Source: a virus
Lineage: Duplodnaviria > Caudoviricetes
IMG/VR virus record: IMGVR_UViG_3300020037_004820
DNA length: 64,000 nt
Direction: 5' to 3' (one strand)
Under the pieces are notes generated by a model. The model saw only the letters and a program-made list of their open reading frames with translations, was not told where the DNA came from and did no database searches. Of this stretch, positions 28,093-37,717 are shown piece after piece. How positions within the stretch are numbered: position 1 is the first letter of the stretch; each line of letters opens with the position of its first letter. A program made the position numbers and the translations under genes.

Positions 28093-28255
28093 AGAAGGAT
28101 TAGAGAAAGGATTTAAGAAAGGATACGATGAAGGTTTTGAAGATGGGCAAGAAAAAGGTTATAACGAAGGATATCAAAAAGCATTAGGCGAAGGCACTCA
28201 AATTTATGAAGTATTTAGTTCATCCGCAGGATTCAATAGGTACTACAATCAATGA
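28043..28255 (+). CDS. Small protein with FliH/Yae1-type GxxxG repeats
   Basis: EEGLEKGFKKGYDEGFEDGQEKGYNEGY. Confidence 0.6.
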   Translation: METKIKTKTKKKKKTYEEGLEKGFKKGYDEGFEDGQEKGYNEGYQKALGEGTQIYEVFSSSAGFNRYYNQ

Positions 28256-28446
28256 ATATAGAACAAATACTTGAGCAATTTGCAGGAAAAGCTCCTCCTT
28301 GGGGGAACAAGTTGACACCTTCTGCATTAGATGATTTGAAAAAATCATTGGAAGCATTATGTGCACAAATTTATCAGGAAGGCATGACTGCGGGATATAA
28401 AGAAGCAGAAAAAGACCGTCCAAAACATGGAGTTTGGGATTATTAA
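28252..28446 (+). CDS. Hypothetical protein
   Basis: ATGA overlap. Confidence 0.55.
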   Translation: MNIEQILEQFAGKAPPWGNKLTPSALDDLKKSLEALCAQIYQEGMTAGYKEAEKDRPKHGVWDY

Positions 28447-28447
28447 T

Positions 28448-28678
28448 ATGGAAAATTCATCGGAAATCAAAAAGATTAAACGTCTTATTAAGAAGTTAAA
28501 ATCGAAAAAATTAGATGCTTTTTCCTCGAAAGAGCAGGCAGCATTGAAATATTGGAAATATCATCGTTTGTCCAAAGAGTCAGATGATTTAGTATATGCT
28601 TATCAAGCAGAATGTGATAGATTACAATGCTTAATAAGTGATTTATCGGAAGTTGTCACTAAAGCGGAAAGAAAATGA
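28448..28678 (+). CDS. Hypothetical protein
   Basis: ORF in run. Confidence 0.55.
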   Translation: MENSSEIKKIKRLIKKLKSKKLDAFSSKEQAALKYWKYHRLSKESDDLVYAYQAECDRLQCLISDLSEVVTKAERK

Positions 28679-28905
28679 TTTGGTTTTATATAACAGCTTT
28701 CTTATTGTTAAGCTTTTTTCTATATCTAGTATGGCGACATCGAAAAAGTGATGAAGCCTATGCACTGCTAGATAAAGCAGTTATGACAAATGATTATAAA
28801 ACAATATATTCGGTACTAAAACAATACAAGAAATATATACCTAAATATACTCATGAAGCATATGAAACTCATGCAATGAGTTTAGAAAATAACAAAAGGA
28901 AATAA
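28675..28905 (+). CDS. Small membrane-anchored protein
   Basis: N-terminal TM helix. Confidence 0.6.
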   Translation: MIWFYITAFLLLSFFLYLVWRHRKSDEAYALLDKAVMTNDYKTIYSVLKQYKKYIPKYTHEAYETHAMSLENNKRK

Positions 28906-28906
28906 A

Positions 28907-29125
28907 ATGGAAGAGTTCGTAGCGATGCTGTTTATGATTATTATCATAGGTTCAATTGTCGCATTAATCGATAAATGTGATACAGAAGCAGCAAATAGAC
29001 CCGAATGTATTAAAAAAGTCCTTGTCTTAGGAAGATTTGAATGTGTAGAATACTCAGGATGTAAAACTAAAGTAAAAGTCGGAAACGAATGGATTTGTCA
29101 AAAAGATGAAGAGGATGCTAAATGA
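28907..29125 (+). CDS. Small membrane-anchored Cys-rich protein
   Basis: N-terminal TM plus 5 Cys. Confidence 0.6.
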   Translation: MEEFVAMLFMIIIIGSIVALIDKCDTEAANRPECIKKVLVLGRFECVEYSGCKTKVKVGNEWICQKDEEDAK

Positions 29126-29409
29126 GTAATCCAGATAAGAAGTTTATATTTTTTCAAGATGTTGATAGCACTCAAGTAATTGACAATCCTGATTGTTGTT
29201 ATTTTTGGATCACGTCAGTAAAGACATATAATAAATACAAATTATATGCGTATGATCAACTAACTGCGGAAAAGTTATATAAGACTTATCCATTGTTTAG
29301 AGGCATAGATGACATGGAAGGTCATTTTGAATTTCTGTCAAATAATGTAGAAAAGGTTAGAGAATATCTGATTGAGTTAGGAATGAAGGACGGCGGAATA
29401 GCTACATAA
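29122..29409 (+). CDS. Hypothetical protein
   Basis: GAGGA SD. Confidence 0.6.
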   Translation: MSNPDKKFIFFQDVDSTQVIDNPDCCYFWITSVKTYNKYKLYAYDQLTAEKLYKTYPLFRGIDDMEGHFEFLSNNVEKVREYLIELGMKDGGIAT

Positions 29410-29414
29410 TAGGC

Positions 29415-29442
29415 TTGACATAGGCATATCAGCGCTTATGGC
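29415..29442 (+). promoter_or_regulatory. Promoter TTGACA-N16-TATGGC
   Basis: 16-bp spacer class, intergenic. Confidence 0.5.
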
Positions 29443-29664
29443 CTATTAGGCATACCTGTCTCATAAATACACAATCGTTTAGGCAAGGCAAAACATAATA
29501 ATGAGTGTTAAGAAAAAGAAGTGTTTTCAATGTAAAGTTAGTAAGAAATTTTTACCAGGAGACTTTATAAAGGTATTAGATCTTTGGTATTGTTTACCAT
29601 GTGCTATTAAAGTTCATCCTGACGCAGTTAAAAATCAACTGAAAATATCATTGGAAAATACAGA

Positions 29665-29997
29665 ATGAAATTCGTACTTGCATTAGCGGTTGAAACTATT
29701 GATAATAAAAAGCTTTTAGCCAGAACATGGGATTGTGAGACTTGGCCAGTTTTGCAAGAAGAATATTCTCGTCAGAAAAAGGTTCTGGCTGGAAAATTTC
29801 GTGCATTTAACAACATCATCTCTAGAGAGAATCAAGACCATGTTGCGAAGTTTAAAAATAAACTAAATGAAGATTTTCTGGAGCTATTTGGTCCAGAAGA
29901 GATTCATCAATTTTATTTTGAATGGGAAGCAGTTCCTGAAACTCCTAATGAGCGTATTTATCTTTTTGAACAAAGATTCCCAGAGTTGTGTAAATGA
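29665..29997 (+). CDS. Hypothetical protein
   Basis: ORF in run. Confidence 0.6.
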   Translation: MKFVLALAVETIDNKKLLARTWDCETWPVLQEEYSRQKKVLAGKFRAFNNIISRENQDHVAKFKNKLNEDFLELFGPEEIHQFYFEWEAVPETPNERIYLFEQRFPELCK

Positions 29998-30302
29998 GCA
30001 AAAATAAGTTAAAACTTAGAATTCTTGTCAAACCCCCTTCTACAAATAGGGCATATAAGACATATTATATTCAAAGAAAACATGGATGGTTTGAATGGAT
30101 TGACCTTTGGCAGCAAACTATCGATGATTTCTCATCTGAGGAGGAAGTTTATAATAAATGTATTCTTTATATGAAAGAATACATAAACAATTATCCAGTT
30201 CCAGGTAAACCTAAAGTTATAGAAGAACAAGAATACAGAATTAATTCCAGAGGAAAATGGCAAAAATATGAGAACGAATCCAACGATATCAGAATCATCT
30301 GA
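29994..30302 (+). CDS. Hypothetical protein (YxxQxK..W family)
   Basis: YYIQRKHGWFEW. Confidence 0.6.
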   Translation: MSKNKLKLRILVKPPSTNRAYKTYYIQRKHGWFEWIDLWQQTIDDFSSEEEVYNKCILYMKEYINNYPVPGKPKVIEEQEYRINSRGKWQKYENESNDIRII

Positions 30303-30948
30303 TATTCAAGATAATCCATTTTTAGAGGAACCAGAAGATACGTTCGCTTTAGAGGAGATTAATCATATATTAAGGAGAGAAGAGGAAGAAATTGAAGAAT
30401 TTCATGACGCATTTCCCGAAACAGGTGCTATTACTGCACTTGAAGGAGATTTATTAGCTCAACCTTTTATTGATGAATTAAGAGATTCTATACGACATAC
30501 AAATGTAGATACTGAACAAGCTCTTGAAAGGCAATACTGGGATCGTCTCAATATTCCTATTGATTATACGAGAGTTGAAAGAAATGTTATCGAGGATGTC
30601 CAGGTATATCATGGGATCGATATAAGAGATGAAGAAAGAAGAAGAGCAATAGAACGAGATTTTAACCGAACTAGAAACAATTGGTCTATGCGTTATACAG
30701 ATCTTGACGTGATGAATAATGCTCCAACGACACACAATTATTGGCGAAATACAATTGCTAACTCACTTAACATTACTTGGCCAGAATCTAGTAGTAAAAA
30801 TAAACCTGATCCAGAAATTGAAGCACGTATAAATCATTGGAAAGAAGAGTATATTAAAGAGAAGAATATAGACATTCATGCCTTAGTAAGCAATGAATCA
30901 TTATTAAGATGGCTGGCGAAAAACTTTATAACAACGAGAATAAAATGA
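30268..30948 (+). CDS. Acidic hypothetical protein with shared C-terminal 'LxWLxxxF' segment
   Basis: 226-aa ORF. Confidence 0.7.
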   Translation: MRTNPTISESSDIQDNPFLEEPEDTFALEEINHILRREEEEIEEFHDAFPETGAITALEGDLLAQPFIDELRDSIRHTNVDTEQALERQYWDRLNIPIDYTRVERNVIEDVQVYHGIDIRDEERRRAIERDFNRTRNNWSMRYTDLDVMNNAPTTHNYWRNTIANSLNITWPESSSKNKPDPEIEARINHWKEEYIKEKNIDIHALVSNESLLRWLAKNFITTRIK

Positions 30949-31313
30949 GTAATAAGCTTTATGTTCTGGTGAAATATATTGAAGATTGGCGAGAACAATT
31001 ACATCCAGTCAATGTTATTGCTTGCAAAACAAAAGAACAAGCAGAACTTGAAAAAAAAGAATTTCTGAAAAAATTCAAATTTGATCCATCACATCTTATT
31101 ATTGAAGAAATAGACTTTGCGGAGGAAGTAGATTCAGTACAGGTTCAAGAATCTACAGATATCAATTCTCTGATAGAAAAATATCTAACAGAAAATCTAA
31201 GACTAGATATAACTTCGAGATCTGCGTGGTATGATGGAAGAGTAGTTATTATAAAACTTATGCTAAAAGAACAATGTATTTCCAGTGAAAGCTTTAGTAT
31301 AGAGGCTAAATAA
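30945..31313 (+). CDS. Hypothetical protein
   Basis: ATGA overlap. Confidence 0.6.
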   Translation: MSNKLYVLVKYIEDWREQLHPVNVIACKTKEQAELEKKEFLKKFKFDPSHLIIEEIDFAEEVDSVQVQESTDINSLIEKYLTENLRLDITSRSAWYDGRVVIIKLMLKEQCISSESFSIEAK

Positions 31314-31534
31314 TGGATGAAAAACTAAAACGCTTATCGCATTTTGCAAAGCTCTTATCTGATGTTTATGATATGTCAGACTTGCGAGATAATGCATCTA
31401 TTAGTGATATTCATGAATTAGGTGATCTAATAACTGATCTTATAGTAGGTTTTATTTCACAGAAAAAAATTGTAGAAGAAAGAGAGTATTGGAAACTTCA
31501 CGGTAACAGAGATCATGATTACGATAGGATGTAA
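31313..31534 (+). CDS. Hypothetical protein
   Basis: TAATG coupling. Confidence 0.6.
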   Translation: MDEKLKRLSHFAKLLSDVYDMSDLRDNASISDIHELGDLITDLIVGFISQKKIVEEREYWKLHGNRDHDYDRM

Positions 31535-31920
31535 TGAACACTCTTACAATTAAGAAATTAGAACCTACTCAACGTCGTATAAAGAAAAATAAATATCAAA
31601 TTATATTAGAATTAATGTTTCATGATTCTGATGATCATATTATGAAAAGAATAACAACTTCTTCAAAAGAAACCTTTTTGTATAAAGCTTCTGTTATTCA
31701 AGAATGGTTAGATGATGTAAAAATATATTCCTTCTCTCCCAATAGATATGAAGAATTCATCATGAAATATGATTGGTTAAACAATTGTTTACCTTATGCA
31801 TATGCGTCTTCTTTTACTATAAATCTTTATGAAGCGTCTACTAAGACTGCTATGATTGTCTCAATGAGATGCCGTTATTATAATGAGATCGGCTCTAAAT
31901 TTGAAATAACATTAGGATAA
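31534..31920 (+). CDS. Hypothetical protein
   Basis: TAATG coupling. Confidence 0.6.
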   Translation: MNTLTIKKLEPTQRRIKKNKYQIILELMFHDSDDHIMKRITTSSKETFLYKASVIQEWLDDVKIYSFSPNRYEEFIMKYDWLNNCLPYAYASSFTINLYEASTKTAMIVSMRCRYYNEIGSKFEITLG

Positions 31921-31923
31921 ATA

Positions 31924-32112
31924 ATGCTTGTATATATTGTAGAAAGACATCAATTACTTGATCATTATCATATCAAAGTAGATATTGAAGCCATTTACGG
32001 TAATGAATTACAAGCTCTAGAGCGCAAATCAGATTTAGCGCAATCAAACAAGAAGTCTAATGTATCTTATAAAATAAAATGTCATAATGTATTGGGAAAA
32101 ATAGGAAAATGA
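31924..32112 (+). CDS. Hypothetical protein
   Basis: ORF in run. Confidence 0.5.
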   Translation: MLVYIVERHQLLDHYHIKVDIEAIYGNELQALERKSDLAQSNKKSNVSYKIKCHNVLGKIGK

Positions 32113-32459
32113 TAATGACTAGATATATTGTGAGCTTTGGTATGTATCAATATAACTCAGGAGCTCCGGATAATGGAACACGTCGCTGCTCAAAATATTT
32201 TGAAAACTTAACTGCTGCATATCAATTTCAACTTAAATTAAAGTCTATATGTAAATGGTGGAGCGATTGTTATATAATGCATTCTACGAAAATAGATTAT
32301 AATTCCGCAGAACATTTGAACATGGAACAAGAACATAAAGAGATTATTGAAACTTATTTAAATTATGATGGATTTTTAAATTATGTTGATGATTTTATTA
32401 TGATGACGACTACTGAAACAATAAAACTAACTCCTCCTTTCCAATTAAAGGAAAATTGA
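32109..32459 (+). CDS. Hypothetical protein
   Basis: ATGA overlap. Confidence 0.6.
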   Translation: MIMTRYIVSFGMYQYNSGAPDNGTRRCSKYFENLTAAYQFQLKLKSICKWWSDCYIMHSTKIDYNSAEHLNMEQEHKEIIETYLNYDGFLNYVDDFIMMTTTETIKLTPPFQLKEN

Positions 32460-32460
32460 T

Positions 32461-32970
32461 ATGTCAGATAGAATAATATTTTTAGATGTTGATGGTGTTT
32501 TGAATAGCGATCAAGTTTGTTTTGAAATCAGAATGAACGATATTAATCAAAATGGTTACGGTGGATTTTTTGGCGGAACAGTTACTCCAACACATGCTCT
32601 TGTTTGTTGGGGACAAGAACTTGTTGATAACCTTAGAGAAATTGTAGAAAAGACTAATGCACAAATTGTTATTTCTTCTACATGGAGAATAACTCATCCT
32701 GTAAAACAATTTATAGAAATGTTTAAAATATATGGTTGGGACAATGCTCCAGTTATAGATAAAACTGAACATTTAGGTACTCAGCGCGGGTACGAAATTT
32801 CTAAATGGTTAGAAAGACATTCAGAAGTTAAACAATATGTCATATTAGATGATAACTCTGATATGTTAAAAGAACAAAAAGATAACTTTGTTCAAACAGA
32901 TGAAAAAGTAGGTTTATCTAAACAAGATGTATTGAAAGCAATTGCTATTTTGGAGAAAAATAATGAATGA
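32461..32970 (+). CDS. HAD-family phosphatase (HAD_SAK / RNA-repair-associated type)
   Basis: FLDVDGVLN, IVISSTWR, RGYEI..WL, YVILDD. Confidence 0.88.
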   Translation: MSDRIIFLDVDGVLNSDQVCFEIRMNDINQNGYGGFFGGTVTPTHALVCWGQELVDNLREIVEKTNAQIVISSTWRITHPVKQFIEMFKIYGWDNAPVIDKTEHLGTQRGYEISKWLERHSEVKQYVILDDNSDMLKEQKDNFVQTDEKVGLSKQDVLKAIAILEKNNE

Positions 32971-33331
32971 TTTAATAGAAGAGTTAAACCTAAAACCAAT
33001 TATATCTTTAAAAGATAAATTCGAACAAGATATTCATGCATTTAAAGTTTTAGATTATCCACAATGGAGCACTTTACTTCAATATATATTAAACAAGGGA
33101 AAAGCTATTTATGGGGATAATTTGTTTGATATGCAAATATCTGAATTAGTTGTTTCTCATATAAATGAAAATCATGAGATGATTAGGAAACTAAACCTGA
33201 TAACTAATCAGTTAGAAGTTAAACAGTTAATCAACGAAAATTATCTCTTAATTGATTACGTGGCTGTCGCAGTCTGCAACGCTCCAAACCCCGAGCAAGC
33301 GCTCGGTCGCTATGCAAGCTCTGTGCCATAA
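32963..33331 (+). CDS. Hypothetical protein
   Basis: GGAG SD. Confidence 0.55.
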   Translation: MNDLIEELNLKPIISLKDKFEQDIHAFKVLDYPQWSTLLQYILNKGKAIYGDNLFDMQISELVVSHINENHEMIRKLNLITNQLEVKQLINENYLLIDYVAVAVCNAPNPEQALGRYASSVP

Positions 33332-33388
33332 ATTTCTAGCAGAAATGGGCCGCTTAAGGCTTGTCTGGTCGGGCAGCGTGCATATTGT
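33313..33388 (+). promoter_or_regulatory. Promoter island: inverted sigma54-type site plus TTGTCT-N16-TATTGT
   Basis: 33313-33328 reads TGGCACAGAGCTTGCA on the - strand; downstream part resembles the 13925 island. Confidence 0.6.
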
Positions 33389-33474
33389 GTAAGTGTAGGG
33401 CAGAGAGGCCCTAGACTGGAAAGGACGAGCGGAGTGCCCGTTCTACGAAAACTTGCTAAATAAGGAAACACACC

Positions 33475-33927
33475 ATGACCGCTACCATTACTGCCAATAC
33501 CAATACCAAGAAGCTCGCGTCGCGTACTCTCGAAAACATGTGCCTCAAGGCGAGCCATGTTCTCTTGCAGAAGTCGCCGAAGGATCTCGCCGAGTTTTCG
33601 AAGATTCTCGACCGTAGCAAGCGTGAGATTGCGCTCGCTCGCGGTGAAAACTCGGCGTTGAAGCGAGTTTATGCCGTCGAAACCGAGGCTCGATACAACT
33701 TGCTCGTCAAGGTTCTCGGAACTTCGGGTGAAGCTCTCACGACCGAGCGTTTGAACAATGATACCTCGTTGACGCCGGAAGATATTCGCATCTTCATGCT
33801 TTTCCGCGGTGTCAATCTCGACAATGTTTTCTCGTCGGAGGAGCAGGAGATCTTCGCGGATCTCAATGAATCCGATATGAAGCAGAACATCTACCTCGGG
33901 GTGGACTGCACGAAGACCGACAAGTAA
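33475..33927 (+). CDS. Stand-alone hypothetical protein with GC-richer codon usage
   Basis: TAAGGA SD; own promoter island and terminator. Confidence 0.8.
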   Translation: MTATITANTNTKKLASRTLENMCLKASHVLLQKSPKDLAEFSKILDRSKREIALARGENSALKRVYAVETEARYNLLVKVLGTSGEALTTERLNNDTSLTPEDIRIFMLFRGVNLDNVFSSEEQEIFADLNESDMKQNIYLGVDCTKTDK

Positions 33928-33947
33928 TGATTGTCGGAAGTTGAGTA

Positions 33948-33984
33948 AAAGGGTCACACTCGAAAGGGTGTGACCCTTTCTCAG
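33948..33984 (+). terminator. Intrinsic terminator
   Basis: AAAGGGTCACACTC-GAAA-GGGTGTGACCCTTT. Confidence 0.8.
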
Positions 33985-34024
33985 TTTAAGTTGCGTTCAA
34001 AACGTATAGAAACGGAGAACTCTA

Positions 34025-34342
34025 ATGAAAAAGATTTTGATTAGTTTGTTTATATTCACAGCTTGTGACGTTAATTTTGGAACTAAAACAAAAGAATCAT
34101 CAAAACCAGAACAATGCGAACAACGTCCATTGTGCGGATATTGTTTATGCAATTCTGTAATGAATTCAGGGGGAAACGAAGTTTGGTTTGATGATTGGAA
34201 GAAATGCCCTAAATATACAGGTTTGGATTGTTATTTTCCTATTCCAGATACTAATCTGGATGATAATATATCGTTGATGCAATACTATGCTCCTTGTGTT
34301 TTCAATCCTTTGGAGTGCAGAGGAATTTGCGAGGAGGAATAA
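34025..34342 (+). CDS. Cys-rich putative lipoprotein
   Basis: MKKILISLFIFTA-C lipobox-like signal; many Cys. Confidence 0.65.
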   Translation: MKKILISLFIFTACDVNFGTKTKESSKPEQCEQRPLCGYCLCNSVMNSGGNEVWFDDWKKCPKYTGLDCYFPIPDTNLDDNISLMQYYAPCVFNPLECRGICEEE

Positions 34343-34441
34343 AATGTCTAAACAAATAGATGATGGACCTCGTTACAAACTTCTGAATTGTAAATTGTGC
34401 AATGCTCCTTTCGAAGAGCATAAGAAATCATTTGGACATTT

Positions 34442-35011
34442 ATGATCATTGAATATAATGATATAAAGTTTGATTTTGATGAAGTATCAGATCATTATAA
34501 TGATGATGTTGGAACAATCAATGCTTATATTCCTATTGAATTGTGGGAAAAATATGCAGATTATTGCAAAAATGATCAATTGTTTGATAAAGTATTTTAT
34601 GATGAATTTGATACCGATTCAGAAAATGAAATTCCATATTCTTTTTATGTGAACAAATTAACATCTCATTATGAAGTTACATCTCCTGATGTTTATATAT
34701 GTTTTCTTCATTGGTTATTTTATTTTTCGCAAGTAAAAAATGAAACAATTAGAGTCCAATATAGTTGTATATCTTGGATGTTTCATGATATATTTCATGC
34801 CGAAAAACATGTAGATGATTTTTCAATTATGGTAGATCAATATGGAGAATATGATGCTTTACATTTTGGATTAAAAAATGGTCAAAAGTATACTTCATAT
34901 TCTTATGAATTTTTAGATCATATTGAAAGATTATTTTCTGAAAGATTTTCAAGATATTATTCAAGTACGGCAAATATTGAATTAATTGATATTTATCTGG
35001 AGAAAGAATGA
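34442..35011 (+). CDS. Acidic hypothetical protein
   Basis: 189-aa ORF. Confidence 0.65.
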   Translation: MIIEYNDIKFDFDEVSDHYNDDVGTINAYIPIELWEKYADYCKNDQLFDKVFYDEFDTDSENEIPYSFYVNKLTSHYEVTSPDVYICFLHWLFYFSQVKNETIRVQYSCISWMFHDIFHAEKHVDDFSIMVDQYGEYDALHFGLKNGQKYTSYSYEFLDHIERLFSERFSRYYSSTANIELIDIYLEKE

Positions 35012-35412
35012 ATTTTGACGTAGAAAAAAGAACAATTTTAAAAGTTAAACATGGAAGTCATGCATATGGACTTAATACGCCCGAAAGTGATATAGACTAC
35101 AGAGGAGTTTGTATTGAGCCATTTGATCATACAGTCTCAGTTGAGAATAACTTTGAACAACTTGAAGAACATGTAAGTAAAGGATTTCCAGTTGATTCAA
35201 CAATTTTTGGTTTATTTAAATTCATTCGTCTTGCAATTCCTTCTAATCCAAACGTAGGAACTTATACAAGACCTCTAGAAAATATAAGCATTTCATTAGT
35301 AGATATGAAAGTTGTTTGGAACACGCAATGTGTTGCAACAGCTTTCGTGGACTTTACCAAAGAACGAATTATGGATGAAAACAATGATTCAAAATCAAAT
35401 AACAATGTCTGA
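35008..35412 (+). pseudogene. Truncated DNA pol beta-superfamily nucleotidyltransferase (Nuc-transf/RlaP-like N-terminus)
   Basis: HGSHAYGLNTPESDIDYRGV..NPN, then unrelated-looking tail; only 134 aa. Confidence 0.6.
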
Positions 35413-35596
35413 TCTTAGAGAGGCTTCGAAGCTTATTCAGAAAGTTTCAAAAGAAAAGCCACATTTTGATCAAGAAATTCTTTGGGAAAAAGCCAAAGAA
35501 ATAATGAGGCAAAGAATGTGGAGAGAACTCTACAAAGAAAAGTAATAAAATGATCGTGCTAATTCTTATTATATTGCTTTTAGTTTATGTTGCTTT

Positions 35597-36009
35597 ATGG
35601 GTTATCAAGCTTCTAAATCTCTTGATATAGAAGTAAGAAAACTCTTTAGCAAAGATACTCCTCCAAATGCCTGGCTTACTAATATTCATATATTAGGTCC
35701 TTGGAAACAATTGACTCCAAGTCAGGCTAAGAAGAAAGGTAGAAATATAGAAATTAGAAAAAATTGGGAACAAATTAAAGTTCCTGTTATGCAACACTTT
35801 ACAAGAGAAAAATATAAAAATGAGTTACTTGCGCAACGCTTAGCTAATACTTGGCCTGCCGTCCTTATAGAAGGAAATACTTGGAATGATACCTTTTGGG
35901 AGTTTGTAATGGAATTGGAGAAAATAACTTAGGTAAAATTCTAATGCAAGAAAGAGCACGTATTATGATAACGGGACAATTAGCTGATATGGCTTTAGGA
36001 ATAATGTAA
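35597..36009 (+). pseudogene. NADAR (YbiA-like) family, frameshifted near 35900
   Basis: AKKKGR..WEQIK..LIEGNTWNDTFW continues in the -1 frame as GVCNGIGENNLGKILM. Confidence 0.75.
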
Positions 36010-36010
36010 A

Positions 36011-36265
36011 ATGGAAACAGCACCTAAAGATCAATTACATATGGATTGGTCAAAGAAAAGACCTTCCAATATGTGGCAAATGTTATTGTGTCCTAATGCT
36101 GAAATTATGGACCCAGATGGATGGGATAGATCCCCAACAAGATGGATATATTCATTTTATGAAGAGGAAATAACTCTGCAAGAATTTGCAGATAGAATCA
36201 TGCGATCAACAACTTCCAAACTAGATGTAAATACATGGTGGTTGAGCTATGAAACTAAGAGTTAA
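36011..36265 (+). CDS. Small hypothetical protein
   Basis: IMDPDGWDR..EEITLQEF. Confidence 0.65.
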   Translation: METAPKDQLHMDWSKKRPSNMWQMLLCPNAEIMDPDGWDRSPTRWIYSFYEEEITLQEFADRIMRSTTSKLDVNTWWLSYETKS

Positions 36266-36647
36266 GTACAAGAAAGTAAAAGAATCTCATTATGATTCTT
36301 CTGTCAAAGTCGATGCCTATATTGTTCAAAAAAGAATATTGTTCTTTTTTTGGATAACATTGATGCAATTTGTAATTAGAAATACTTCTCATAGTCATGG
36401 ATTTCTAATAGAAAATGATAGCACAAGACATTCAAAAGAACAAGCTATTAGATATATGAATGGTTATGAAGCAAGCTTAAAATCCGCAAAATTGGAAAAA
36501 AAGAAAATAGAAGAAAAATTCTATACTTGGAAAAATAGTCAAATAACTTATCTTGATCCAAAGAAAACAAATGGATCAAAAAGCGGAGCACTATCTCTTG
36601 TTGACGAAGAGTATACAACAAAACAAAGGAAACAAAGTAATGGCTAA
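36249..36647 (+). CDS. Hypothetical protein (YxxQxK..W family)
   Basis: YIVQKRILFFFW. Confidence 0.6.
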   Translation: MKLRVKYKKVKESHYDSSVKVDAYIVQKRILFFFWITLMQFVIRNTSHSHGFLIENDSTRHSKEQAIRYMNGYEASLKSAKLEKKKIEEKFYTWKNSQITYLDPKKTNGSKSGALSLVDEEYTTKQRKQSNG

Positions 36648-36924
36648 GACATTAAAAACAAGATATAAAGATATATTACAAAAATTATGTCTTCCTAATG
36701 TTTTTACTCAAAATGGCTTATACATATTTGATATGCTTACTGATTTTGATGATCGAATATATAATGGGAAATCAGGTACAATTCATGGGATTGTAGAAGA
36801 AACAAAAGAAGAACTTATGTTAGAATTTTATACATATGAATCTCCATTAAAAGGAATGATACAAATTATGTTATGTTCTGAACATGGTGATGTAATCTAC
36901 GAAAGTGAGTGTGAATACCTATGA
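36640..36924 (+). CDS. Hypothetical protein
   Basis: AAGGA SD. Confidence 0.55.
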   Translation: MAKTLKTRYKDILQKLCLPNVFTQNGLYIFDMLTDFDDRIYNGKSGTIHGIVEETKEELMLEFYTYESPLKGMIQIMLCSEHGDVIYESECEYL

Positions 36925-37163
36925 TATATGAAAAAATGAAAGTGTTCAATTGTCAAAACATGCCTAATAAGGTTAAAGAAGCTTTTTTCAAAGCTAGTGA
37001 AGATACAGGTAACGATTGTTATATTAAATGGTATATAAAAGGAAACTCAGATCGATCTGAATACCAAATATTAGTTGATGATTGGTTGATAGCAAATGGA
37101 GCAGAAGATGCTCCAGATGAAGAAACTAGCGGCGAAGAAGTATTGATTCAACATTGGTGGTAA
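36921..37163 (+). CDS. Hypothetical protein
   Basis: ATGA overlap. Confidence 0.6.
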   Translation: MIYEKMKVFNCQNMPNKVKEAFFKASEDTGNDCYIKWYIKGNSDRSEYQILVDDWLIANGAEDAPDEETSGEEVLIQHWW

Positions 37164-37164
37164 A

Positions 37165-37482
37165 ATGCATAAAGGACACTCAGGAACACTTGTCTCGTCT
37201 AATAGAAATAATAAAATATGGACATTATCATGGACACAGAATAGGTACTTTACGCCTATTCCAAAAGAACCTTCAATAGAATATTGTAGACTCATAATAT
37301 ATGAAGTATTTGAATACTTTAGTATAGATCAATATATTCAAAAAATCGTTTGGGATACTCCAGATGCTATATTTCCTGCAATATCTTTTCCAGACGCTCC
37401 AAGAGATAAATGGGAATATATTCATAGCATAGCAAATGACCTTATCGCTATTATCAGATCAGCATGGAATTTAGGGGGATAA
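37165..37482 (+). CDS. Hypothetical protein
   Basis: ORF in run. Confidence 0.55.
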   Translation: MHKGHSGTLVSSNRNNKIWTLSWTQNRYFTPIPKEPSIEYCRLIIYEVFEYFSIDQYIQKIVWDTPDAIFPAISFPDAPRDKWEYIHSIANDLIAIIRSAWNLGG

Positions 37483-37483
37483 T

Positions 37484-37708
37484 ATGAAAGAAACATTGCC
37501 CAGCTTTTATATGGTTGACAAAATTCATACGGATAAACTAAAAACAAGATTCCTAACAAGGAAGCTAGATGAAGAAAGCAAGTTCAGAATAGAATGGGTA
37601 TATTCTGTATATGAAATCGATAGAGAAAATCATACAATAAACATAATTTTAACAGATTCTCATTCATATAATGATGCTAATGATCTCATTTATAAACGAA
37701 ATGACTAA
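37484..37708 (+). CDS. Hypothetical protein
   Basis: ORF in run. Confidence 0.55.
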   Translation: MKETLPSFYMVDKIHTDKLKTRFLTRKLDEESKFRIEWVYSVYEIDRENHTINIILTDSHSYNDANDLIYKRND

Positions 37709-37717
37709 GGAGTAATA

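Noticed and set aside
33310-33957. 215-aa - strand ORF
   Set aside because: Shadow of 33475-33927, which has the promoter, SD and terminator.
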